A stretch of DNA of 64,000 nt from Raja brachyura (taxonomy: Eukaryota), in the NCBI GenBank assembly GCA_963514005.1, contig OY740811.1, forward strand, positions 24,986,001-25,050,000, read 5' to 3'. The notes under the pieces are model-generated. The model was not told the DNA's origin and ran no database searches. It worked only from the letters and a program-made list of their open reading frames with translations. The translations under genes and the position numbers were made by a program. This document shows, piece by piece, positions 13,701 through 25,897 of the stretch (positions are counted from its first letter, which is position 1; each line of letters starts with the position of its first letter).

Positions 13701-13879
13701 CAGAAATAAATGAAACCCAATTTCTAGGTGTGCTAAATATTGATTGGTGTGATCATAGCCTGATTTTAATTTATCTTATGTTGGGGACATCACATTTATC
13801 AGTTGTTTTGGACAATATGAATATAATGTTTTTGAATATTTGGACCTGGCCACCTTGCATTCACACCGTAAAATTAATT

Positions 13880-14003
13880 ATGTGTAAAAAGGAACCGCAG
13901 ATGCTGGTTTAAACCGAAGATAGACTCAAAAAGCTGGAGTAACACAGCGGGACAGGCAGCATCTCTGGAGAGAAGGAATGGGTGACATTTCGGGTCGAGA
14001 CCC
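13880..14003 (-). mobile_element. Short Penelope pLTR copy
   Basis: Reverse complement of the pLTR consensus; truncated within hammerhead stem II. Confidence 0.8.
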
Positions 14004-14704
14004 ATCTATGTTTGTGTGATCAACATGTCCAAGTAATAAGCCTCCACTGAATATCAGATAATAATTTGCAGCACCATGCCAAAATCTTGGTTTAAAGGGA
14101 GTTACAATAGGTTAAAAGATCAACATTTAGTTTTAGTATACATTCTGCCTTCCCAACATATTTGTTGAGAGTGAAACTGGGGTTAGTGCAGAGATTGTCT
14201 GCTATCATCTGAACAAAAGCTCTAATGGCTGACATTCATTGCCAAGTGGAAAGTTTCATCTCCTTTGGGCTCAGGACAATTGTAGGTGTTCTATATTTAG
14301 AGTGTTACCCATAACTCGACACAACTGAACTGTACATAACTTTTGTTATCTGAATGTGTGGACCAGCCCTTGGGTCAATCTGTGTGTGAGGTTAGCCTAT
14401 TGAATGGAAGTGGCTGCCGTATTCCAGAGAGTGAGTTCAGTGTAAAACCGTGACCTTTTATGCTCACATTTGTCTGTAAATGGATTTATTCAAATTAATG
14501 CTATCAGCAATTTAGTTAAAAATCTTTTGGGATCAACCGATTTATAATGGCCAACGTAGATTATGAAAAAGGTAATGTTTTATGGTTAGCTTTATTACAA
14601 ATTAGACAACATTTCAAAGTTTTTTTTCAGAAATCTAAAAATAGATCAGATTGACAATAGAGAACAGTTAAATTATTTTTAGTTTCAAAAGAAAGTTAAT
14701 TTAT

Positions 14705-14820
14705 AGAAACACGGAACTGCGGATGCTGGTTTACACAAAGTGCTAGAATAACGCAGCGAGTCAATCAGCATCTCTGGAGAACATGGATAGGTGACATTTT
14801 GGGTCGGGACCCTTCTTCAG
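14705..14820 (-). mobile_element. Short Penelope pLTR copy with probable 11-bp TSD
   Basis: agttaatttat (14694-14704) and agttaacttat (14819-14829) flank a pLTR with a decayed hammerhead core. Confidence 0.75.
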
Positions 14821-16055
14821 TTAACTTATGTTTGCTTAATAATTTTTTTTTTAATGTTCAATAGATTTCTGTCACTTCAAAGGAAAACAATTTCCATTAG
14901 TACAAACATTTGCTGCAGTCCTTCTTATGCAAGTTTTGTTGATTGTTTAGTGCTAAGAGAATTGTGCAAAAGCAGATTCTGCATTGAGTTTGCACTCTAG
15001 GTATAATGATCAGTGTTGCCGCAGGTGAAGTATAGACCTGTTACAGGAACACATTGATCAGTGTCACACTACTGTAGAAATCTGACTATGTAAAAGGATG
15101 ATAAAATCCTCTAATATTGTGTAATATCGGGCAACTGGGAGGACAATTAATATCATAGTAGCCATGTTTTACTGGAAAATGGTTGGCTGACTTTAGTAGT
15201 TTTCAAAGTATTAGCAGTTTTAAGGGTCTCAGATAGTGTGATGAGCAAGATTCAAGCAGATTGTTAGGATGTTCTGAGTGTTTAATCAAATCTTAGTGCT
15301 GAATTATACTCCATATTAATATCCTTCGTCTAGTGAATATGTAGTTTTGTTTACTAATGTAGTTTATTGGTTTGTATATAACAATTGTAGATCTGGTAAA
15401 TACTGCTTTAAATGAACTGGAGGAGACACCTAGAACGTAAGAACTCTTTATTGAGGGCTAACAGCAATTCCATATGAGTTTATTTCAAATGTACACTTAA
15501 ATAATTACATATTGTGCACACTTTTGCGTGTAAATTTGCTGTTTTGCCTCTGAAAGGAATTTTCAAGCAATATCAGTTCCGCTGGTTGACTGGCTTTCCT
15601 GGAGCTTCATAGCTTTGTTTGGGTTTCTGGTGCTACAGTTGTTTCCTGATCCACAGACGTTGCCACTTTCCAACTTAACTTGCTGTTAATCCATGTCTCC
15701 TCTTCAGTGGCTGCTCTTCTATCTATTTTTGGAATAATCTGTCATCACATATTTCTTCAATATGTCCTGGCATGTCTCTCAAAGCAGCCGGTCAGTCAAA
15801 GTGGACATATCTGACTTTCCCTCCAATGTGAACAAGATATTGTTTAGTGCTGCAGATTTGAATTATCTTGACAACATCCCATTTCTGGGCCTGTGTTTGT
15901 TCAGTGGTCTATATACTTTCACTTTCTCTCATTGCTCCAATTCTTTCTCTTTACCTCTTCCCAACGACTTGTTAGAATCATGCCTTGCCTTGGTTTCAAC
16001 TGCTGTATTCTCAGCGGGGCTGTAGTAAGTTTGAGCTTGTTTGCATCTGCAACAT

Positions 16056-16597
16056 ATCAACAGCTGCTGACGACCTTCTACCGCTGCACCACAGAGAGCA
16101 TACTAATGTATGGCATCTCTGTGTGGTATCTCAGCTGCACGGAGGCGGAGAGGAGAGCTCTTCAGCGCGTTGTCCACAGAGCGCAACAGATTATTGGGAC
16201 ACAGCTACCAGCCTTGGAGGGCATCTACCACACACGGTGCCTCAGGAAGGCCGTCAGCATACATAAGGACTCCTCTCACCCTTGTAATGGACTGTTCGAA
16301 CTACTCCATTCCGGCAGACATTACAAGGCCTTCTACGCCCGCACTACCAGACTCAGGACCAGCTTCATTCCCAGAGCTATAGCGGCTGTGAACCGGCCCT
16401 GCTGAGTACCACCCCCCCCCCCTGCACCCCCATGGACAGTCTCCCCTGGCCTCGCACTTTAGTCTGTGTTGATGTTACTGGTCAAATGTTCGTTTTTACA
16501 AACCTTGTTCTCGAGGGTTGCTAACTGAAATCTCAAAGTTGCAAACCAAATCTCCTTGCACTTATGTGTAATGACAATAAAATATATTATTATTATT
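16056..16597 (+). mobile_element. 5'-truncated Rex1/Babar-like LINE
   Basis: LLTTFYRCTTESILMYGISVWY...RRALQRVVHRAQQIIG...RTTRLRTSFIPRAI; 3' end aatgacaataaa then (TAT)n. Confidence 0.88.
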
Positions 16598-18182
16598 TAG
16601 GGTTCTTAACAGAGCAGATGGACAAAAATAGTATTTATTAATTTTTCTTCCTTCCATGATTCGGAATTAAAAAAATACAGACAAGGTAACAGTCCAAGCA
16701 GACAAAACACCCTCTGTAGTGGCATAGGCCAAAGGATTTATTTTAAGCTGTCTTTTTTATGTTCTCCAAGCTGCCTGAATGCCAGCTGTTCTTGGACTGT
16801 GGGTTTTGTTTCACAGGGTCATTGTTTTTGTTCCATGAAAGGAAAGCTTGCACTCGAGATGCAGAAAATGAGGGATGGGGACCAGTGGATGATCTTAACT
16901 CCTTAGTTACCAGAAAGCATCAAATGTAGGTTTTGGTTAAGAACTATGGAGGGACTTTGTTCCAGTACAACTAAGGTAGCACGCATGTTTTGAAATCCCT
17001 ACTTCAAAATAAAGCTGCATGAGTAAAATTTCAAGTGACAGGGTACCTTTTGCAGTTGAGGGGGTTTGGGGGGGTTACTTTGACAGCCCTGAAATTGGGC
17101 ACAGGAATCCGAGTACAATAAGCCACCGCCCTCATTGAAATGCAGGTGGCCACCAATAGTGTGCTGCCTACTAATTATAATGCTGTAGCATCCAGCCAAT
17201 GTTGAGCTTGATGTTCATTGTCAGGGGAGCCATATTCTGCTGTCTGGTCAATCTGCATTGCTTATAGCTAGCCAGAACAGCTTAAAGGGTTATAAAGGCA
17301 TTATAAAATGGAACAGGTGCTGCCACCACTGAACCTGGCCCAGGAAACTCTCCAGAACAATATAATATGGGAGAGGCTGAAGCTTAGTACACATGTGGAC
17401 CTCCTGCCACTTGACTCCTGGGGGGTGGGGCTTGGTGTCGCCTGTTTGTTAATGTGTAAAATAACCGGTTAAACATATTGCTGTTGGCTTGTTGACATAA
17501 TGTAAGTATTGTAAGGATATGTACTGATGTGCTTGTTATAATGAATTGAGACCTTGCAATATTCTATTGTTGTGTTATAATGCATGTTTCCATAACATGC
17601 ATTGGATATAATGCTATTGATGAATTTGGGAATGCTTTCTGTATTACATGGGCCAAATTGGTAATAACACGATTACGATTGGGAATTAGAGAACCACCAA
17701 ATATTACTTTGGAAATTGACAAGCAGGAAAAAAAAACTTTCTTGGGATGAGGTAGAGGGACGGAGTCTGGGGTAAAGAAACTGTTTCCATGTAACCTTCC
17801 TAAAGTAATCGGACTCCATTATCAACCGATAGTTTCACTACAGGCTGCCAAGGAAATTGATAAGCAATCACTTCTATTGACATGTGTGTAATGATACTCT
17901 ATTAAACAATGTAACAATGACTTCTCCAGAATGATGCTCTAATCTTCGCTCTGCTCCATTTATCACCTTTGTCACACTCTTACCAGCTATCTATGACGGA
18001 ACTAATGTTCAACAATCATTTGCTCCACCGCATCTTCACACCCAGGTCTCACAGCTTGCACCACTGCCTGAATACATATTGCTCTCCTTTTCTGCAGGTC
18101 AAATATGTGCGCAAAGACTTTGTTACTCGGTAGTCACCTCTTAACTTGCTGTGGAGGCTCAATGTAGCTGGCACAAAATTCT

Positions 18183-18610
18183 TCTTTATTATCACATGCA
18201 GAGAAATTCTTTTTTTGCATACAGTTCAGTAAAGTATTGCCCAACCTAAGCACAATCCCCAATTAATACAATGTACACAGAAATAGTCCACTGAAACAGC
18301 ATGCAAGTGTCGTCAGGCTTTGACACTATTTTTCAAAGTCCAGTCCAGGGTCTTCTGGAGAGGTCCTGTTCCAAGCGAGCCCCAGGCTGCTGCAGTGCCT
18401 ATAGACATCGCCTCCATCCAGATCATCCAGCAAACCTTTACCCCTCTCCTCGCCTGGCCGCCTTTAGCCTTTGTGCCCCGGGCATGCCTCCCGCAACTGA
18501 CCTTGAGGACGCAGAAGGTAAGACCCCGGTTCACTGTCTTATCAGACCTTTTGTCGGCTCCCTCCATCCACCTCTCCGGTCCTCAGAGGACGTGCGGGGG
18601 GCTGCTCGAC
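18183..18610 (-). mobile_element. Probable non-autonomous retroelement (GC-rich body with LINE-like tail) inside an older decayed repeat
   Basis: Abrupt GC/CpG-rich block; minus-strand AATAAA tail at about 18186-18191. Confidence 0.45.
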
Positions 18611-19124
18611 AACTTCCCTCTGCAGGAAGTGATTGGCAGCACTTTACTGAATACTGATTTCCACCACTCACTGCCAGCTGAATGTTGAGGCACTGCCAGC
18701 AGAGAATGAGGTTGACGGGCATTCCCTTCAATGGATGTAAGTGCAGTTTGTGGCATTCCAGCATCTTGTGAAGCTTGCAGTCCTCTCTGATTCCCGTGCT
18801 TGCTCTGCTGCTTGCTTGTGGCAAGGAATGATGAAAAGTGGTCAGCTCTCTCTGAATAGAGAGTCTCAGTGATATATTTAAGGGTGGAACATTGGATGCA
18901 GCATTGAGCACCAAAATGGCTTCCTCTGATGGATGATTTGCACACTATGGAAGCTACACGTGAATGATGTTGCTGTGTGCCCTTATTTACATATTTGACA
19001 ATTTTCCACCTGTAACCGTGTAAGCATGTCACAAATACAGTTTAAGACCCTACGTTCATTCCTGGCGCCAAAAAAAATATTGAAGACCAAGTCAGTCTCA
19101 GTTTGACCTGTAGAGCTCTTATAA

Positions 19125-19219
19125 CTGAAGAAGGTCTCTACCTGAAATGTCATCCCTTCCTTCGCTCCAAAGATGCTGCCTGTCCTGCTGAGTTACTCCA
19201 GCATTTTGTGTCTACCTCC
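19125..19219 (+). mobile_element. Short Penelope pLTR copy with 14-bp TSD
   Basis: gagctcttataact at 19113-19126 and 19220-19233; insert begins at the CTGAAGA hammerhead box. Confidence 0.85.
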
Positions 19220-20339
19220 GAGCTCTTATAACTTTTCGGTATCTTAATTCTTGAGTTTTCTTTCCCATTTACGAAAAGCAAATCTGTCAGTTGAAATAAC
19301 ATGTGACCTTTAGGAAAATGAATACAACAAAAGTAAATGTTTTAGAATATATTTGCACAAATGTCATGATGAATGTTTAAAGTTTACGGCGAGTTCCGTG
19401 CTTAAAGCAAGCATATTGTGCAGCTTTACAGTGTGGTGTGATTTTGCAAGCTTCCCTGCGCTGTGTGGAATGAAAGTATGGGCAATTATTACTAACGTGA
19501 CTAATTAAAAGATCTGTTAACTTCCATCCCTTTATCTTAAGGAATGACAATGATGGAACTGTGGTCTCCTTCAGCTATTCGTCTGCAACACTAAATTACA
19601 CTTATCAGAAAAAATGATGTTGGAAAGAATTAATCTTCAATTTCATTTTATTTACTTTTGCCCTAGTTTTTTCAATTATATGGAATGTGATGACATTATT
19701 GTCTGGTGTATTTTAATACTGTCTAGCCCCCTCACAACATTGGGGCTGTGTATATTGTGCATGGCAGTTTCCCGGTGACAACATCACTGCATTGTTTAAA
19801 AACTTAAATATTCTCAACCGCATCGATACAGCAAACTCTTTCACCTGATTGGTCTTTAAATGTTGGCAAGACTCCCTTCCTAAAAGCAGAAAGCTTATTG
19901 TGTGCAGTTGTTTGGTTAGTACAAGCTGGCAGAGATAAATCTCAACAGAAGTAGCATAACATTTTTAACAGGAGTAATCCTTACATACAGTGAGTGCCCT
20001 CCATAATGTTTGGGACAAAGACCCATCATTTATTTATTTGCCTCTGTACTCCACAATTTGAGATTTGTAATAGAAAAAAATCGCATGTGGTTAAAGTGCA
20101 CATTGTCAGATTTTATTAAAAGGTATTTTTATACATTTTGGTTTCAACATGTAGAAATATAGCAGTGTTTATACATAGTTCCCCCGTTTCAGGGCACCAT
20201 AATGTTTGGGACACATAGCTTCACAGGTGTTTGTAATTGCTCAGGTGTGTTTAAATGCCTCCTTAATGCAGGTATAAGAGAGCTCGCAGTAACCTAGTCT
20301 TTCCATCACCGTTGGAAACTTTTATTGCTGTTTATCAAC

Positions 20340-21663
20340 ATGAGGACCAAAGTTGTGCCAATGAAAGTCAAAGAAGCCATTATGAAACTGAGAAACAAGA
20401 ATAAAACTGTCAGAGACATTAGCCAAACCGTAGGCTTACCCAAATCAACTGTTTAGAACATCATTAAGAAGAAAGAGAGCACTGGTGAGCTTACTAATCA
20501 CAAAGGGACTGGCAGGCCAAGGAAGACTTGATGACAGAAGAATTCTCTCTATAATAAAGAAAAATCCCCAAACACCTGTCCGACAGATCAGAAACACTTT
20601 TCAGGAGTCAGGTGTGGATTTGTCAATGACCACTGTCCGCAGAAGACTTCATGAATGGAAACACTGAACGAGCTAATTCAAGAGCTCTCCAGAGTTTAAA
20701 AAAAAACTCGTGGTAAGCACGTAGAATGTACGTTGCGGGTACGTCGGAGCTTGGGACGTCTCTTAGCGGCTCGGAACGCTAATGGCAGGTACTCGCGAAA
20801 CGCGGTAAGCTCATGAAGACTCATGAAGATTTTTCAACATGTTGAATAATGCCCATGGGGGCCTCGAGTATGTACGAGCAGCCATTACCGCAATTCTCCG
20901 AGCTTGAATCAGGGGAAACTCGGGAGAACCCTAGAAATTAGCTCGTACAGTGGGACAGCCCCATGAGGCTTACTGCAAGATGCAAACCACTGGTTAGCTG
21001 CAAAAATAGGATGGCCGGGTTACAGATTGCCAAGAAGTACTTAAAAGAGCAACCACAATTCTGCAAAACGGTCTTGTGGACAGATGAGATGAAGATTAAC
21101 TTATATCAGAGTGATGGCAAGAGCAAAGTATGGCGGAGAGATGGAACTGCCCAAGATACAAAGCATACCACGTCATCTGTGAAACACAGTGGTGGGAGTG
21201 TTATGGTCCGGGCATGTATTGCTGCTGAAGGTACTGGCTCACTTATCTTCATTCATGATACAACTGCTGATGGTAGTAGCATAATGAATTCTGAAGTGTA
21301 TAGACACATCCTATCTGCTCAAGTTCAAACAAATGCCTCAAAACTCATTGGCCAGGAGTTCATTCTACAGCGACAATTATCCCAAACATAGTGCTAAAGC
21401 AACAAAGGAGTTTTTCAAAGCTAAAAAATGATCAATTTTCATTGACCAAGTTAATCGCCCAATCTGAACCCAATTGATCATGCCTTTTATATGCTGAAGA
21501 GAAAACTGAAGAGGACCAGCCCCCAAAACAAGCATAAACTAAAGATGGCTGCAATACAGGCCTGGCAGAGCATCACCAGAGAAGACTACCCGCAAATGGT
21601 GAGGTCCATGAATCCAGACTTCAAGCAGTCATTGCATGCTAAGGATATGCAACAAAATACTAA
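20340..21663 (+). pseudogene. Tc1 DD34E transposase pseudogene (stops, frameshifts, MITE insertion)
   Basis: MRTKVVPMKVKEAIMKLR...GTGRPRK (paired-like HTH, GRPR), TVRRRL, VLWTDE, VKHSGGSVMV, DNYPKH, SPNLNPID. Allowing one frameshift gives 34 residues between the second D and the E position. Confidence 0.93.
20662..20962. mobile_element. MITE nested in the Tc1 transposase (PIF/Harbinger-like by TIR)
   Basis: Left cactgaacgagctaatt and right aattagctcgtacagtgggacagcccc are inverted repeats; CpG-rich; the transposase resumes on either side. Confidence 0.75.
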
Positions 21664-22224
21664 ACATGACTACGTTCATTTACATGACATTGCTGTGTCC
21701 CAAACATTATGGTGCCCTGAAATGGGGGGACTATGTATAAACACTGCTGTAATTTCTACATGGTGAAGCCAAAATGTATAAAAATTGACTTTATTAAAAT
21801 CGGACGATGTGCACTTTAACCACATGTGATTTACTATTACAAATCTCAAATTGTGGAGTACAGAGGTAAAAAAATAAACGATGGGTCTTTGTCCCAAACA
21901 TTATGGAGGGCACTATGTCTACAGTGCAAAGAACTGATGTCCTCTGTTGTGTTGGTCATAAAATATTTAAGCTCTGAGATATGTCTCTTGGAGTTTAAAA
22001 ATAATCCAGGGCAGATGCATTAAATGATTTCTGTAACCAAGTATGTACCTTTAAAATTGCTCCTGCTCAAACATTTATGAGTTGGTGGTGTACAAGGTAA
22101 GCACGTGAGTAGGTGGTTAGGGGAGTGTGCGATGTTGAAATGTGCTAGTGGAAGCTTCTTCATGAGGTGGACTTCTAGTGCATTCACTGGTGATCAAAAA
22201 GGTCCAGAAGTCAAACACTAGATT

Positions 22225-22575
22225 TAAAAAAAACATGCTGGAACTAATCAGCGGGCCAGGCAGCATTTGTGGAGAGAGAGTTAACTTTTCAGGTTAAGAT
22301 CTTGATGTTTTGATCAAGATTTCAGCATCTGCAATTCTTTGTGGCTCCATTTTACAGCTGTGTTTTATATTGTCATGATGATCTGTCATGATTATCTGTC
22401 ATGATCAAGCAAAAAGAAACTGCTGGAGGAAGTCACAGGGTCAAGCAGCATCCGTGGAGGTAGAAAGCACTTTCTTGATGCAGGTCTTGACCTGAAATGT
22501 CAAATGTTCATTTTTCTCCACAGATACTGTCTGACCCATTGAGTTCCTCCAGTTTATTTGTCTTCTGCAGCTTCT
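22225..22575. mobile_element. Two old head-to-head Penelope pLTR pairs flanking a 13-bp x3 tandem repeat (22371-22405)
   Basis: Decayed gctggagga..cagcatc and gttcctccag inverted arms; tgtcatgatNatc repeated. Confidence 0.55.
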
Positions 22576-23149
22576 TGTGACTCCAGAATTAGATATCACG
22601 TCTGTCTTACTCGTGATGAGCAAGCTGAAAATCCACCACTGGAAACAGTTGATTTTGGCTAATCTTAATATGTATAGTCTTTTCTTTGACTTGATGGCAT
22701 GCAAACAAAAGCTTTTTCACTGTACCTTGGTATACATGACAATAATAAACAAACCTAAACTGATGACATTTCTTAACGAATATGACATTATCGGTATTGG
22801 TTTATTATTGTCATGTGTGATAATAGAGAGAGAAAATGTTGGAAGAATACCACACTGCTGGGTTAGCAGTGGCAACGTGCTGGAACCAATTGAGAATATG
22901 CTTCTGTATGAAACTGTACCTCTTTAGACAGTAGTCAGCCCAGGTTCAGTACAACTAAAGATGGGAATGAAGCCCATGTTCAGTTTGCTGTGTGCCCTCC
23001 ATGATAACACAATGCTTGGGGTGATTCCAAAGGGCTGTATGAAGACGATTAGGATGGCTGCACTGTACCACTTTCTGTCCTTGCTCTGGCCTGAGTTGTT
23101 TTGAGATTTCAAGCCTCTGCTTGGCAGAGCCAGCTCACGTGGACATTTT

Positions 23150-23254
23150 GTTTAAGAAGGAACAACAGATGCTTGAAAATCGAAGGTAGACAAAAGTGCC
23201 GAAGAAACTCAGCGGTTGCGGCAGCATCTATGGAGCGAAGGAAATAGGCAACGT
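23150..23254 (-). mobile_element. Short Penelope pLTR copy with 10-bp TSD
   Basis: tggacatttt at 23140-23149 and 23255-23264. Confidence 0.8.
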
Positions 23255-23611
23255 TGGACATTTTATAAGTTTTCCACGACTGTTACAGGCTGTCCGTATA
23301 ACTCTTGGGATCCTAAAACAAAAGAAGATTTTGTGGCCTGGAAGATGATGGATTTAATGAGCTTGTTTTAATTTGCAATGTTAAAATATAATCTCATAGA
23401 AAACTTAAGCAATTCTTGCAGAAAAATGCATTGCTATCGTCAATACATTTCCAATCAAATATGGTACAATTAATGTTCAAAATTTATACCTAGGAGGCTG
23501 TTGGACCTCAGGAATTTGGTTAGATGGAAGTGGCATTGTACAGTATCTTCCGAGCAGGTCTGCATTGTCTTGCCACGCCTATGTAATTCTCCTGAACCTT
23601 GCAATGTATTG

Positions 23612-23823
23612 GGGGTTACACAAAAAGCTGGAGAAACTCAGCGGGTGCAGCAGCATCTAAGGAGCGAAGGAGATAGGCGACGTTTCGGGTCGAGACCCTT
23701 CTTCGAGTCTGAAGAAGGGTCTCGCCTATCTCCTTCGCTCCTTAGATGCTGCTGCACCCGCTGAGTTTCTCCAGCTTTTTGTGTAACCCTCGATTCTCCA
23801 GCATCTGCAGTTCCTTCTTTAAC
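23612..23823 (+). mobile_element. Young mini-Penelope insertion: inverted pLTR plus pLTR, perfect 68-bp arms, 16-bp TSD
   Basis: Arms 23613-23680 and 23722-23789 are exact reverse complements; accttgcaatgtattg at 23596-23611 and 23824-23839. Confidence 0.93.
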
Positions 23824-25039
23824 ACCTTGCAATGTATTGTTGAGAACAAACACCTGGTTACAAATAGTTCATTCTGCTGGAATGACTCTGACAGACTGCA
23901 GAGTCATTTTCACTGAGTGAGTCTTATGGAAGCCGGTGATTCTATACTTCCAGTTTAAAAGTTGAGCAATGACCATCATGCTGTGACCTTGGTTCACAGC
24001 CCTGATGCTAATGGAGCTGCAGACTGTGTTGATGCCTGTGCTACATGCCACACCTCTGCAAAGCTGTTGCCGCCACTCAGAGCAACTACTACTTTCTACT
24101 TTTCCTGGACCTGCATGGAAGGTGCTCTCTCAATCATCAGTCAATTAAGCTACAGGCCAGTTACAAAGCAACTTTGCAATGGGTGCACTCCACCCTTGCA
24201 TGGGTGCTTTCAGTAGGACTGGGATTGTTTCACATCCAAATTAGATTCTTTCCTGGATACAGTGATCGGCACACTAATTTGCAAGCACTGAAGGCAAGCT
24301 GGCCTGTGGCATACAAACATGGGCTTTTTAAAATGGAGATTCTGGATGAGGCTCCAGTTGTTCCTGTACAGGCTCTTTGTACCTGTACAGATGAAACGAC
24401 TCTTCCAAACACCACAAAGCAAGAGGAGTGGCTTCAGTAAATATGCTGCTGAGAGCCAGCCCATAAAGACCCTACCAATGTAACTGGTTTGGAATGACTG
24501 CCTGCTTTATGTCGAAGCCACATAAAATGGTTTAACTGAAGCCTTTTGTTTTACTTAACTATTTCTCTTTAAAAGCATAACTTTATGCAATGTACCCAAA
24601 CATGGTTTGAATGCCCGAGAATGGTTATCTATTTAAACTTGATTGTATACGGGGTTTCTTTTCTTGGGACATGGGATACTGTCTAGCTATATTGCTGTAC
24701 TAAATCTCACTAGGACTTTATTCACCTGGTGTAGTACCATCGTTTAATCACAAGCTGCATTGGCTCCATCTGAGACACAAGCAATTAATGTTTTGCATTA
24801 ATTTCAAAATGCGCAAATACCTTGTTTAAAACAATATTATTTGTGGAGGGGAAATTGGGTTATGGAGATATCAATATTGCAAACAAATTAATTTTCTATT
24901 CTATTTTTTATAATGGCAGTTAAAATGAAATATAAACTTCAGCGTGCCTGATCTACATACTGCACTGTTGCCTACTGCACTGGTGCTGATGTTGGGAGCA
25001 AGAGCTCCCACTGCCACCATTTTCAAATTGGGAAGAAAT

Positions 25040-25077
25040 TGGGTCTGAAGAAGGGTCTCGACCCGAAACGTCACCCA
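25040..25077 (+). ncRNA. Minimal type I hammerhead ribozyme motif, best-preserved copy
   Basis: UGGGU-CUGAAGA-A-GGGUC-UC-GACCC-GAAAC-GUC|ACCCA: 5-bp stem I, stem II, palindromic ACGU stem III, predicted cleavage after C25072. Confidence 0.75.
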
Positions 25078-25897
25078 TTTGTTTTCTCCAGAGATGCTGC
25101 CTGTCCTGCTGAATTATACCAGCATTTTGTGTTTCCAAATGTCAAACTGTCAGGAAATTTCCGCTCTCCTAATTTCAGGTTCCAATCTGGATTTGTGTAT
25201 CCCATGTTTGCAGCCAATCTTTGATTTGAACTTTTCATACATTCAATTAATTTATCCTTTGTACCTCTAGTTTCCCTCTCCCCGACTCTCAGTCCGAAGT
25301 AATCCACCCGAAGCGTCACCTATTTCTTTTCTCCAGAGATGCTGCCTGTCCCGCTGAGTTACTCCAGCACTTTGTGTCACACCTGAGGCAGTTCACAATG
25401 ATTTTACCAGTGAAATGCACTGACATATTGTTGCAACAGAGGAAAATCAGGACTTAATGCATTCCCATCAGAAGATGGCATCTCTATAGACTTCCATAAT
25501 TAAGTGGCATATCATATTTTGATAAATGGATCTGTGGCAGTATTAAAAGAAGGGTTGTGATTATGCTTAAATGGATAGTTTTGACCCAATCATTGCTTCT
25601 TTATGGAATGCTCAGAATCTGCTAGTCACTGGCTCATTTCAGACATGTGAAAACAAATCATAGTGTTGAAATTGGGAACTACAGATTGGCCTTTGGTCCA
25701 ACCGTCTGCCTATCATAAGTTCTCCACACCTATGTTGACCTATTATCTGCCATGCTTCGTCCTGCCTCTCCCCTTTCCAGCTTTCTACTCCCCCTGCTAT
25801 AATCAGTCTGAAGTAGGGTATCGACCCGAAACGTCTCCTATTTATGTTCTCCAGAGATGCTGCCTGCCCTGCTAAGTTACTCCAGCACTTTGTGTTC
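25040..25897 (+). mobile_element. Three same-orientation Penelope pLTR copies (about 25040-25132, 25260-25378, 25700-25897)
   Basis: Each has a hammerhead-like box followed by ctccagagatgctgcctg..ctga.tta..ccagca.tttgtgt. Confidence 0.8.

Larger units (their letters stand above)
19988..21915 (+). mobile_element. Full-length Tc1-family DNA transposon with about 230-bp IR/DR-type terminal inverted repeats
   Basis: TA|CAGTG left end. The 17-mer ccataatgtttgggaca occurs at 20001-20017 and 20197-20213, with inverted copies at 21696-21712 and 21890-21906; the intervening TIR sequence is also complementary. Confidence 0.95.

Noticed and set aside
18080-18102. Second AG|GT junction (ttttctgcAG|GTCAAA)
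   Set aside because: Poor donor and it lies within a decayed repeat.
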